From Macrostomum lignano (lineage: Eukaryota), in the NCBI GenBank assembly GCA_002269645.1, contig NIVC01003744.1:15262-79261 (forward strand): 64,000 nucleotides of DNA, in the 5' to 3' direction. A program made the translations under genes and the position numbers. The notes under the pieces were generated by a model. That model made no database searches. It saw nothing but the letters and a program-made list of their open reading frames with translations, and was not told the DNA's origin. Positions 39,896-53,851 of this stretch are shown here, in pieces (position 1 is the stretch's first letter; each line of letters begins with the position of its first letter).

Positions 39896-40636
39896 ATGAA
39901 TGCGAAGGCCGGTCTAATCCTTTGCAGTCTCTCAGCTGTCTGTCTCATTGCTGTTCAAGAGATTGAGCAGTGCTTCAGACAACTCACCAATGGCTCCCTC
40001 TGCATCCGCAGCGCCTTCACCCGCAACCTGAGCGGCATCACCTCGGACCTGCCGTGCTCTCTGCATTGCGGCTCCGATCAGCGCTGCCAGGCCTTCACCA
40101 CCGCCGACGGTCTGTGCCAGCTGTTCGTGTTCGACAAGTGCAGCAAGTCGGTGAGGGACTGCAGCTGCTCCAGGAGAGGCCGCCTGTTCGTGAAGCGGCA
40201 GCCGGGACTCTCGGCGGGCTCGCTGTGTCCTGTGGGCTACGGCGACGAGCTGTGCGGAGTGAAGTACCGGGTGCTGAAGAACAACGCAACTTGGGCGGTT
40301 CAGAGAGGAAGGTGCGAGTCGGAGCCGGGCCTGGTGATCATGGCCGATGTCGCTGACGCAGCTGAGCTGAGCCACGTGAATGCCCTGTTTGCCGCTCACT
40401 CCCCCACCAATCCCATGTACCTGGGCGGCTACCGGGTGTTTCCGGGAGCCCAGGAGACAGACGGCTGGTTCTGGGTCGGCTGCAACATCACGATCGGCTC
40501 CGTGTGGGGAACTGGTGAACCGAGTGGATTTAGCGAAATGGCCACCGCTCGATACCCGACCGTAACAAACGTAGTGGACATCACCGATATGGGTCTCTTT
40601 GGCGCCCTTTGTGAATGCGTATCGCCCTTCGACTGA
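39896..40636 (+). CDS. Secreted PAN/apple + C-type lectin domain protein, single exon, 246 aa
   Basis: Signal peptide MNAKAGLILCSLSAVCLIAV; PAN-like CSLHCGSDQRCQAF...CQL; CTLD features TW...RCES...MA.V....EL..V, YLGG, WFWVG, W..GEP and terminal LCEC. Confidence 0.88.
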   Translation: MNAKAGLILCSLSAVCLIAVQEIEQCFRQLTNGSLCIRSAFTRNLSGITSDLPCSLHCGSDQRCQAFTTADGLCQLFVFDKCSKSVRDCSCSRRGRLFVKRQPGLSAGSLCPVGYGDELCGVKYRVLKNNATWAVQRGRCESEPGLVIMADVADAAELSHVNALFAAHSPTNPMYLGGYRVFPGAQETDGWFWVGCNITIGSVWGTGEPSGFSEMATARYPTVTNVVDITDMGLFGALCECVSPFD

Positions 40637-41104
40637 GTCTGTCATCGCACACCGTCTCTGTTGAAAATGTCAGAAGCCACGTTTTGGAAACGGACCCTAA
40701 GAACTGGTTAAACTGAGTTTTAAAGATTGCGATTGCCGAAACGTATTTTGCCTTTGACGCACTGCCACCCGTTCCTCACAGGTTTCGCTGTGTTCTGAGC
40801 ATGCCCGCCTCACAACTGTCACTTTCAGTTGATCTCCTTGGCTGCCACATGGCTCCCACCGAGCCTGAAACGAATTTGCCTCTGGCTTTTCAAACAGAAT
40901 CGCAGCTTCTCTTTTCTAAGAATTCACAAATCGCCAAATTCTCTTGCAGATTTTCCTCCACTTCAATGAAGTTAGAATGCGACTTGACGCTTGTATTCTT
41001 AGCTATTTTTATGTATGCAGTGAGAACTACAGTACTTGTTGTAATTAATTTTTTTATCTGCTCTTGTTACTACAAACCGGTTGGATCTGAGATTTAATTT
41101 CACC

Positions 41105-41420
41105 TCCCACCTCGAGCAGATAACCTTGGCTGTTTCCCTTGAATCGTGTACCTGAAGCCGTGATCCTTGAACTTATATCATCTAAACCAAATATATTTTT
41201 GACTAGATTAATTGATTTTATCAAATGGACTCCACGCAGTTTAGCTCGTGTTTCTGGCAAACAGAAATCGATCATTTTTTCTGAAGCCCTGCGTTTTCTC
41301 CTGGGTCAGCATAAAGCACAAAAATACAGCCCAAATATGAGGAAACATCGCTGCATATTTGCATATTGACAGCAGCTGACTGTTACCCCTTACCCAAATC
41401 ACCTCCGGTTGCAGGTGCAC
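41105..41420. repeat. Diverged dispersed repeat, copy 1 (paralogue at about 42940-43290)
   Basis: Shared colinear blocks aatggact, tggcaaacagaaat, atcgctgcatatt and ccggttgcaggtgc. Confidence 0.7.
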
Positions 41421-42648
41421 CTGAATCGAATTTTTTATTGTGCTGATAATTACACATTAAACTTAGTCAGGATCATTTGTTTACGAGCGTGAGATAAGCA
41501 AAAAGTTGGATTAAAAATATTTTTTCTCCATTCTTCCAATCTCCAAATGGATTGACTTCATCTAGCTCTCCCAGCCTCATAATGCAGCCTCACAGAAATT
41601 ATCTTGTAGCTGTGCGGAGGTTAAAAAACAACTCAATATTTGATGGAGCAATTTTTGTATGGGCTCCACATCAGCCTCTTTAATAATTCATGCCAATATC
41701 TACCATCCGTAGCAGGATGAAGTTTCTATATCCGCTTCCAGAGACAACTGCTGTGGGATTTGGGGAGCCTGCAGCGTTCCGCTGAGGCGCTTAAGCTTGA
41801 CGATGGGCCATGCAGAGTCCCCCTCCTGCCCATTTAATCCCAGTTTGATCCCAGTTGATTGATTCTTTTTATGCAGGCAGATATTTATCGACGCATAGCT
41901 GAGACTCACATATAGATGCTGGCTTAAAACAGTTGCCATGCGCGGCAAGTGCATCGAAATTGTTGACAACGTAAATTTGTAGCTGGGGACAGCTTGGCCA
42001 GCACCGGCTAACAAGAGCGACTTTTTTCCGGCTTCTCTTCAGTCTTAAATCCAGTAACAATTTCGCCAATCAGCAGTTCACTTCAATTAGTATGCTCAAC
42101 TATGAGAATTGCGTGTATGAATCAGAAGCAGATCTTGGGGCCCAGTGACCACACGTTAAGGTCCTTGCGAGTCCCTGTGAGTGAGAACTCGTCAAAGTCC
42201 TCTTGCAGCATCTGGAGACATTGGAAAGCATTTTATCGGGATGAAATCATGGCCAGGGCCACCATAGCGCCGCGTAAATGCATTTAAACGATCTGAATGT
42301 GTTCTTTTATTTTACGGTAGATCGACAACAGCAATTTCATGTTAAGTGCTTCCATTCTAAGTAGAAAATAAATAAGGCCTTGAGTTACTTCATCCACTGA
42401 CTCCCCAGCAACAGATTAGTCTACTTTTTTTGCAGATACGCTTGTCAGAACTATTGTTCATTGGCAAGCTGGCACAAGTGGGTGCTGGTATTTTACCCGG
42501 CCCAGCCACTGCGGCCAAACGACCAAACGGCCCCCATGCCTAGCCGACATAATATGAGAGGCTTGTTTCTTATTTTAACATCAAATCTTAATATTTTAAT
42601 GAAAAACAAATGCATGAATTACTATTGCCTCCGTATTTATACCTGTAT

Positions 42649-43028
42649 ATCTTGTACCTGTAGCCGTGCTCCTTGAATTTATATCTTGTACCTGTAGCCG
42701 TGATCCTTGAATTTATATCTTGTACCTGTAGCCGTGATCCTTGAATTTATATCTTGTACCTGTAGCCGTGCTCCTTGAATTTATATCTTGTACCTGTAGC
42801 CGTGCTCCTTGAATTTATATCTTGTACCTGTAGCCGTGATCCTTGAATTTATATCTTGTACCTGTAGCCGTGATCCTTGAATTTATATCTTGTACCTGTA
42901 GCCGTGCTCCTTGAATTTATATCGGTTGTACCTGTAGCCGTGTTCCTTGAATTTATATCTTGTACCTGTAGCCGTGCTCCTTGAATTTATATCTTGTACC
43001 TGTAGCCATGTTTCTGGAATTTATATCT
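42649..43028. repeat. 34-bp minisatellite (TTGTACCTGTAGCCGTG[C/A]TCCTTGAATTTATATC), about 11 copies, at the start of dispersed-repeat copy 2
   Basis: Period 34 (42661 to 42695); a single homologous monomer sits at about 41143-41178. Confidence 0.92.
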
Positions 43029-43853
43029 TCTAAACGAAATATAAACGAAATATTTAAGCCAATAATCCTGAAACTCCTGAATAATGGACTTTACGCAATG
43101 TTTTATGGCAAACAGAAATATAGAATATATCTGATGCTCCTGAGTAGTGTTTATCCTGAGTCAGCAGTCAGGCTGGTGGAGCATAAATGCACCCCAAAGG
43201 ATAAGAAAACTTATCGCTGCATATTGGCAGCAGGATTGCCTGTTCCACCTCATCCGAATCGCTAATTGCCGGTACGGTTGCAGGTGCTAATAAAGATATA
43301 AAGATAACCTGTTTGATTATCTTTATAGCAAACAATTCATTTTTGCAAGTGTTAAAATTTTGGTCAGATTTCAAACTGCCGGCCGTAGGCGGGCATACAG
43401 AACCCAGTCAACAATCAATCAATGACTTTATATTTAATTATGATTATACAGAACTACATAGAGCATATAAGTATGTATGGCTTAGAGAAATATTTCTGCC
43501 CAGTAATCTAAAATTTAAACAAATAGATTTTTAAAAATTAAATAGAAAAATTCAATCGTTTGTTATACTTTCTAAGATAATTTTAAATGCTAACGTGACT
43601 ATAAGTGAATTAATTCATAAATGAAGAATGATATATGAATACGTAATGTTTGATATGATCAATACAAACTACAAAAATAGGACTGCAAAAAAGATTTTTA
43701 AGTACTGAGGTTAGAAAAACAGTCCACACCGCAGTCAAGTCTTATACATGTACTAAATATCAACAAATCAAGTGTGGCTCATACTTGAGTGTCCTACTGG
43801 TCAACGGACTATAAAAATTCAACGTATATTTCGGGGCACCACAGTACACAGCT

Positions 43854-44711
43854 TCATTGCAAGCTTCTGACAAGCCGTTCTACCACTTCAGCAACAGCAC
43901 ACAGTGCGATTAGCGGCAGTAAAATATAATAAGAGACAAAGCATAATAAAGTCCATGCTACAGCAAGTAGGGACAGGAAAATATTCCAAGAAAATGAAAT
44001 TACCAAGTAGAGTACGTAACAAGAAAAGGCGGCCGCCAAGAAGCCACAGAAGGCTTCAGGCCAGCTCTGCAAATCGCACTGAACTCCTTTGTCGACCATC
44101 GCACTCGTTTCGCCAGAGGTAAACGTCACCAAGTACCTTGGAGCCGCCTGCTCAGCTCGGTACACAATGTACTCATCGTTGAGCACACCTCCGCTGCTCT
44201 TGGTGGCCCGTTTGGCGAACACAGAGTCGAAGCCTCGAGTTGTCACCTGCTCAAGGTCAAGCCCAGGACTGGACGCTTTGCAAACCAAGGGTTTTCCGAT
44301 GGCTACGTAGCACAACAGCAGATACTTTGTTCCATTCTCTCGGCAGTACTGAGCACTCTTGGTGCTGTCGGTGGCAAAGTAGATCCCCGCACCGAACATG
44401 CCTCCCCGGCCGACCCGAAAGCCGTCTTCGATAATTTTTTCAGCATTTTGTCTCGTCGTCCCGTGAAAAAGCAGCTCTGGCTGGCGATCAGCGCTGTGCA
44501 GCTCGGGTTGGCAGTTCCTCAGCCTGCGATCCAGCTCTGGGTTCTCGATTCTCTCGATTGACTGAATCTGAATCCGGATCCGATGCTCCGGTTTGATGTA
44601 CCGCTCCACTCTGTCCCGAACTGTCAGATACTCTTGAACCGTGTCATCGCTGGCCTCGGTGAGGTGTGTCCGGCGGACTTTGCTTTGTGTCCAGTTTGGC
44701 GGAAGGTTGTT
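43854..44711 (-). CDS. Terminal exon encoding a PARP-type ADP-ribosyltransferase catalytic domain plus a C-terminal hydrophobic (TM) tail; 5' exon(s) not located
   Basis: Acceptor ttcttcag| at 44712; open 285 codons to the stop. LFHGT, GMFGAGIYFA, KSAQYC, LLLCYVAIGK, FDSV and NDEYIVY give an H-Y-E triad; followed by long hydrophobic segments. Confidence 0.9.
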   Translation of the reverse strand, partial: NNLPPNWTQSKVRRTHLTEASDDTVQEYLTVRDRVERYIKPEHRIRIQIQSIERIENPELDRRLRNCQPELHSADRQPELLFHGTTRQNAEKIIEDGFRVGRGGMFGAGIYFATDSTKSAQYCRENGTKYLLLCYVAIGKPLVCKASSPGLDLEQVTTRGFDSVFAKRATKSSGGVLNDEYIVYRAEQAAPRYLVTFTSGETSAMVDKGVQCDLQSWPEAFCGFLAAAFSCYVLYLVISFSWNIFLSLLAVAWTLLCFVSYYILLPLIALCAVAEVVERLVRSLQ

Positions 44712-45353
44712 CTGAAGAATTGTCGAGTTTAAATGAAAGTTTAGCCAGACAGATGGAGCCTATTTTAAGTACTTAAGTACATGCAGATCTTTCGATTCGG
44801 ATAAGCTTTAGAAATCAATTGATCAGCTACGTTATGCATTCAACAATTTAAGCAGTTCACACACCTGGAATGAGGACTCTGCTGTGGACGCTTGATTACC
44901 CATTCGGTGTAGTGTGAATACTCAGATAGGAAACTTCTGTATAATTCAGTGAGATCTTTACTTGACTCAATTGTATTTATTGTTTTTTCTCTGCTCAGCC
45001 TAACAGTCTCAAATGGTTGTAGAAATACGTCCGACCTACCATCGAGATGGGGAACTTCGAAATGAGGGCTAGATGGACATACAAGCACAGCTAGCCATCG
45101 TAATAGTCAATGTACAAGCATTACATTACGCTCGTGAGAGCGTGTTCTTACGTGGGTATTTCGCATACGAGCAACTGCTTTTCTCACTTTGTGCATACAC
45201 CTGCGTGTACAAGATTGTACAATAGCAAAGTAACTCGTAATTCGGTATGCTATTTTGCCCGTCTTTCGTCTGTTAACTGGTCAAGCATATTGCCAGTCAA
45301 GCGAAGTCTGCACGGCGAGTTTGGTCGGCTTTCGTCAAAAGGGGAACTTCAGT

Positions 45354-46386
<1,033 letters not shown>

Positions 46387-47680
46387 GTTAATGTCTGTGT
46401 GTTTAGTTGGACCTTTCGTCAGTATTTTTCCCTCCTTACATGGACCACCCGTTTTAACTGGACCCCTTACGTGGACCACCATATATATTTCTACATGAAA
46501 TGTTAAACATGTTTTACATAGACCTATGATGGAGTCTAGTAGAAAGCGATCGTGGTCCCTAAAGTTGCTCACTCGAAGTTCTTTTGGTTCCAAGTTACAA
46601 CGGTTTCAGTTTACCTGGACCTTTTACTCGGTCCACCTAAACCGATTTTCGAGGTCCACGTAAATCGAAATTTCACATGACCCATTTTCAAAAACTGTCT
46701 GTTTGGTGTCTGTTTTGTGTCTGTTAGATAAATTGGTAGCTAAATTTGTCGATTTGTTGTAATCGTGAAAACGTTGTTTTTTGCGATAAAATAACAAATT
46801 TGTTAGCAACAATATGTACGAGCGTATAATGGATTTGGGGCTTGGACGACAAAGACGGAACTATTATATGCTATTAATTTCAAGACAATTTTTATAAAAA
46901 ATCACGATATTGCATCACAGCATTGAGTCTCCTCTCCACCTTGAGTTACTAAAAATTCCTTTAAGATCGCAATTGTAAGTGATGCAACTGGCCACCTGTG
47001 CTGCAGGGAACGATGTATTTACACAATCACACACTATGAAGTAATGATTGATAACAGGCTGTTTCGTACGAGCTATATACCTGTATCTTATTATGTCAAA
47101 GCCAAAACGAAAGCCATATTTGTATCGCTATCTTTGAAAGTCGTAGCTTATCCGAACATTTAAGTGTCTTTAACCAAATTCATTGGACGGAAAATGCAGA
47201 GTACATCGTGTGATTGGACTAAGTGAGCCGCTCTTATGCTTAAAGGAGCCTCACACTCCTTGAAAGATAGCGGCCTTCAGTGGTTCCCCTAAAACGATGT
47301 CCTGTAGCACAGACTAATCTCTACCCCCTTATTTTAGCATGACTGCTTGTCTCATTGTACACAGCAATGAACACTAGTTGTTTGCTTTTTATTAAAACAG
47401 CTGATGTCGGGAGATAAGAATTCTAGAATTTTCTGTTTCAAGACTGTACAGTGTGAATAGACACTGGCCAACCAGTGGGGTTTCTCAATGGGCACTGTAC
47501 ATTTGCCAGCCACAGAATCTCGCTAACCAATAGGAAAAGGTCTAATGAAATTGGCGTGGGGTTGCTTGCCTATAGAAGCCTCGCAATCAGGTCCATTTAA
47601 ACCCAGACTTACTAAGACCAGAGTTTATTTAGGCCCCGTTGCAATTGCAACTGCAAGTATATAGGAAGAATATCCTGTAG

Positions 47681-50600
47681 AAAACGGCCAAAATATTTTA
47701 CTTCGAAAGGATTGAGAAGTGCTGCAAAAAGAAGTTTTTTATAAAGTGGACTGGCTATCCCAGGTAAGAAAATTTTCAAAAAGAATTACTTCTAATTCTA
47801 AATAATATTTTACTTAACTTGTAAAAAATTTAAGGCTTTACTGCTTTTCATTTTTAACATGCTTTGTAGGAGTAAAAACACATGGGAGCCGAAAAAAATA
47901 TCCCCGAGAACATACTAAAGGCTCTGCACTCTGAGTGCGGTAAGCTATCCTCTACAGTCAATATCAATAGCAAACAATAGCACATTTGCATCAACAACTT
48001 ATACAGTATTACATTATTTTATACATTTCAGGCAAGTGCTTCCCTAGAACAAAAGCTAAGGAAAAGTCAGTAGGTTTTGTTGTAACGTGTTATTAAAATT
48101 TCTGGTTTTTGCGCTTTACTTAAACTATGAACAAATATTGTGGACACAATTCTCCTTTACGTTTTTCTTTGATTCGAAATTCCTATACAGCTACAAAATG
48201 ATTAGCTTCATACTCGTGCTTCAAAGTAAACAAACAGTAATTGATTAGGGTCCAGCTAACACACCGTGACACCAACAGACAGACGCAGTCAGTTTAAGAT
48301 GGTGGCCCGATCTGGGGTCCAGCTAACACACCGTGACACCAACAGACAGACGCAGTCAGTTTAAGATGGTGGCCCGATCTGGGGTCCAGCTAACACACCG
48401 TGACACCAACAGACAGACGCAGTCAGTTTAAGATGGTGCCCCGACCTGGGGTCCAGCTAACACACCGTGACACCAACAGACAGACGCAGTCAGTTTAAGA
48501 TGGTGCCCCGACCTGGGGTCCAGCTAACACACCGTGACACCAACAGACAGACGCAGTCAGTTTAAGATGGTGCCCCGACCTGGGGTCCAGCTAACACACC
48601 GTGACACCAACAGACAGACGCAGTCAGTGTAAGATGGTGCCCCGATCTGGGGTCCAGCTAACACACCGTGACACCAACAGACAGACGCAGTCAGTTTAAG
48701 ATGGTGGCCCGATCTGGGGTCCAGCTAACACACCGTGACACCAACAGACAGACGCAGTCAGTTTAAGATAGTGCCCCGACCTGGGGTCCAGCTAACACAC
48801 CGTGACACCAACAGACAGACGCAGTCAGTTTAAGATAGTGCCCCGACCTGGGGTCCAGCTAACACACCGTGACACCAACAGACAGACGCAGTCAGTGTAA
48901 GATGGTGCCCCGATCTGGGGTCCAGCTAACACACCGTGACACCAACAGACAGACGCAGTCAGTTTAAGATGGTGGCCCGATCTGGGGTCCAGCTAACACA
49001 CCGTGACACCAACAGACAGACGCAGTCAGTGTAAGATGGTGCCCTGATCTGGGGTCCAGTCCAGCTAACACACCGTGACACCAACAGACAGACGCAGTCA
49101 GTTTAAGATGGTGCCCTGATCTGGGGTCCAGCTAACACACCGTGACACCAACAGACAGACGCAGTCAGTTTAAGATGGTGGCCCGATCTGGGGTCCAGCT
49201 AACACACCGTGACACCAACAGACAGAAGCAGTCAGTTTAAGATGGTGGCCCGATCTGGGGTCCAGCTAACACACCGTGACACCAACAGACAGACGCAGTC
49301 AGTGTAAGATGGTGGCCCGATCTGGGGTCCAGCTAACACACCGTGACACCAACAGACAGACGCAGTCAGTTTAAGATGGTGCCCTGATCTGGGGTCCAGC
49401 TAACACACCGTGACACCAACAGACAGACGCAGTCAGTTTAAGATGGTGCCCTGATCTGGGGTCCAGCTAACACACCGTGACACCAACGGACAGACGCAGT
49501 CAGTTTAAGATGGTGGCCCGATCTGGGGTCCAGCTAACACACCATGACGTGAGACTGACAACTAGAGACAGACACAAAAAGTCTAGCCAACTTACAAAAT
49601 ATTAGTTCGCAATTAGAGCTTTCGTTTTAACGGAAGGAATTTTTAATATACACACCAAGCAGCAAGACTCAACCAGTCAGTCTTCTCAGCTGCAACAAGA
49701 CACGGCCAGTCAGCAGAAGCAGCAACAGAACCCGGCCACTCAGTCTCCTCAGCCGCATCAAGACACGGCCAGTCAGCAGAAGCCGCATCAAAACTCGGCC
49801 AGTCAGCAGAAGCCGCATCAAGACTCGGCCAGTCAGCAGAAGCCGCATCAAGACTCGGCCAGTCAGCAGAAGCCGCATCAAAACTCGGCCAGTCACTCTC
49901 CTCAGCTGCAGCAGAACTCGGCCAATAAGTCAAAGAAGCAACGTCGCTCGACCAGTCAGCAGAAGCAGCATCAAGACTCGGCCATTCAGCAGAAGCAGCA
50001 TCAAGACTCGGCCAGTTTTTCTCCAGAGCAGCACGAATCGGCCAAGAGAGCTCGAAACAAGTCCAGATCGGTCAAGAGGAAAGGAAGCAAGCAGTCCCGA
50101 TGTGGAAGTGCTGACTCGTGTGAAGCTGGCTCCTCTCATCAAGCCGCTGCTAAAGGCAACTCTTCTGCTGTAAGTACTTTGTTGCGTTGCACTTTTACGC
50201 CTTTGTTCATAACTGCACTGCAACTCGCACAATTATTTCTCCTAACAGTGTTTGAATTTAAAGAAGACAGTCTTAGATTTTGCCCTTATCTAAGGTCCAG
50301 CTAACACACCGTGACACCAACAGACAGACGCAGTCAGTTTAAGATGGTGGCCCGATCTGGGGTCCAGCTAACACACTGTGACACCAACAGACAGACGCAG
50401 TCAGTTTAAGATGGTGGCCCGATCTGGGGTCCAGCTAACACACCGTGACACCAACAGACAGACGCAGTCAGTTTAAGATGGTGGCCCGACCTGGGGTCCA
50501 GCTAACACACCGTGACACCAACAGACAGACGCAGTCAGTTTAAGATGGTGGCCCGATCTGGGGTCCAGCTAACACACCGTGACACCAACAGACAGAAGCA

Positions 50601-51804
50601 GTCAGTTTAAGATGGTGCCCCGACCTGGGGTCCAGCTAACACACCGTGACACCAACAGACAGAAGCAGTCAGTTTAAGATGGTGCCCCGATCTGGGGTCC
50701 AGCTAACACACCGTGACACCAACAGACAGACGCAGTCAGTGTAAGATGGTGCCCTGATCTGGGGTCCAGCTTATAAGCTCTCATTCTCAGACTCTCTTAA
50801 GGTCCGATATTCCGCCAGTTCTGATTATCTCTTTAAAATAAATTGAAATGTAGTGCCTGTGAATAGTATAAGAATTTTTCCCTTTTGTTTTGTTTTGTAT
50901 GTTTTTAGTGGTACTTACATTTTAGGCAGTCGACAGCAGAAACGAGTTTTCAACGAATTGGTTTCAAGACAAAAAGTTTTTTCGCATATCCAAAGGCACC
51001 AACCGTGATCGGCTATGTGAAGAAGGCGTGAAGTATTTTGGTGGCACTATTGCTTCGTTTTTTTCAAATCAGGTAAGCGACTTTAGTATTTGTTTTTGTC
51101 GAAGTTAGTTTTGGTAGTAAACGTTAAGTTGTTTTTTAGTTCTATTGTTGGTATCAATTTAAGTGAGCGTATTCGAGCGTATCTTTTAACGCTTCTTAAT
51201 CCTAATGATAGAACAATTTGATTGCATTTTCCTGAACGTTATACAAGTATTTTATGTAATTTAATTAATTTCATAGGTGGACTTCGTCGTCTCAATTTCA
51301 ACACCTGCGAACTGTTCGGAAATGTCCATTTCGAACATATCGGCAACAGTGCAGTTGCCACGGGGATGTGCGATGCAAAAAATGGCTACCGCAGCCAGTG
51401 CATATTCTGGCTTTTGCTCTGCCGATGACGATGTTGCAGAAACAAGGCTCCTCGGAATTCCAAATATCAGTCTACTAGAGGTTCGAGACTATTTACGTGA
51501 CCGCGGCTATATTGCTAGTCGAGCCGACTCAGCTAATGCGGCAGGATCATTTGCATTAAATCACGGCAAAATCCTGTCTGGAACAGCAGTTGTTATTGGG
51601 GATGCAAGCCGTCGGGGTGGACCAATTTTTTCTGAAAATCTACAAGTGTTCGACTATTTTACTAATCCGGATTTATACGGCCTTCGAGAATCCAAGGAGC
51701 AGGATCAACGAATCCTGGAAAAAAATTTCAATGTTTTGTGTTTCTTTAAAATTGTTTCCTTTACGTTAAATCGATTATTTCCAATTGCCTCCGTCTGTGT
51801 TTAA
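47681..51804 (+). CDS. Spliced gene inside the TIR element: chromodomain + Q/S/K-rich linker + Dbf4-like BRCT (motif N) and motif-M-like region. Exons 47681-47763, 47870-47939, 48032-48069, 49660-50169, 50926-51072, 51277-51804; start exon not found
   Basis: GT-AG junctions are phase-consistent once one A is restored at 47892-47898. Chromo motif FYFERIEKCCKKKFFIKWTGYP-RSKNTWEP. BRCT-like FQDKKFFRISK...EEGVKYFGGTIASFFSNQVDFVVS, then QLPRGCAMQKMA, VAETRLLGIPNISLLEVRDYL and AVVIGDASRRGGPIF. Confidence 0.7.
48248..49548. repeat. 67-bp tandem array, about 19 copies, intronic; unit contains the element-terminus motif GGTCCAGCTAACACAC
   Basis: Period 67 (48251, 48318, 48385); unit ggggtccagctaacacaccgtgacaccaacagacagacgcagtcagtttaagatggtggcccgatct. 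Confidence 0.97.
50294..50770. repeat. Second array of the same 67-bp unit, about 7 copies, intronic
   Basis: Same unit as 48248-49548, in the next intron. Confidence 0.97.
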
Positions 51805-52096
51805 CCTTAGCTGTCAGTGTTAGGTTTACGCTAAATTTGGTCTATGATTTTGAATCGGTGTGAAGGTCCACCTAAAACACGTTCTGTCGGTGTCCATATA
51901 AACCGGTCCAGTTTAAGTAATAAAAATACTGGTGCAATTTCCACTAATGAGAGCCTCTGTCAGCTTCAAAAGTAAACAAACTTTTGAAGATCTTTCGTGA
52001 ACTAAAAAAAGGCTCTATTAAAAGTAAAAAAGTCGGTGGTCCATGTAATGCATTAAAACTTCTGAGGTCCAGCTAAACACACAGACACTTGTATGT

Positions 52097-53352
<1,256 letters not shown>

Positions 53353-53851
53353 GTCCGTCCGTCCATCCAAAAGTATCAATTTTATAGTGTAGGTTTTAGC
53401 TACATAAGGTTGTAAACCTAAATCCCATATATCAATATATACTAAAAAGACCAAAAATAATAGTAAACTCCTAAGGACTAAATCAGCTTGAGAACTTGAG
53501 AATTGAGCTTTGCTTAGCAGCTTTAGATTGAGCTATTATCTGAACCTCTGCTCTACTAGAGCCAAAAAAGTTGTTCAAAACTGCAGCAGCCTGAGCAGGA
53601 GCTCTGACTATGCATTTTCGACGGTTTGAAGCGAGCTTGCAAGCTTTTCATCCAATCCATTCAGTCGCACTCAAGCTTGGCGCCGCTCTCCCTCCACTCG
53701 AATCGAGGGCCTCTCATGTCGTCTTTGAGGACCAGCAATGAAGAGCCGGTGAAGCCAACCGGTTTGCCAGCGAGCCATTGTGTTGCTACCAGCAGCAGAA
53801 ATCTGAAGCCAAGTAAACCAAAGCAGTTTTAGAATCGAATGGAAATTTCAA

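Larger units (their letters stand above)
46392..52087. mobile_element. 5.7-kb TIR-bounded element of unknown superfamily; no transposase seen
   Basis: Left end TGTCTGTGTGTTTAGTTGGACCT (46392-46414) and right end AGGTCCAGCTAAACACACAGACA (52065-52087) match 22/23 as inverted repeats. Second inverted match TTACATGGACCACC (46436-46449 / 52035-52048). Clustered TGGACC/GGTCCA motifs near both ends. No TSD identified. Confidence 0.75.

Noticed and set aside
49643-49933. Minus-strand ORF with (AASADWPSLD)n repeats
   Set aside because: Antisense shadow of the plus-strand exon 49660-50169, which has phase-consistent splice sites.
46392-52087. Assigning the TIR element to Ginger (TGT...ACA ends) or another named superfamily
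   Set aside because: No TSD and no transposase are visible, and the terminal TGTCTG may belong to the microsatellite.
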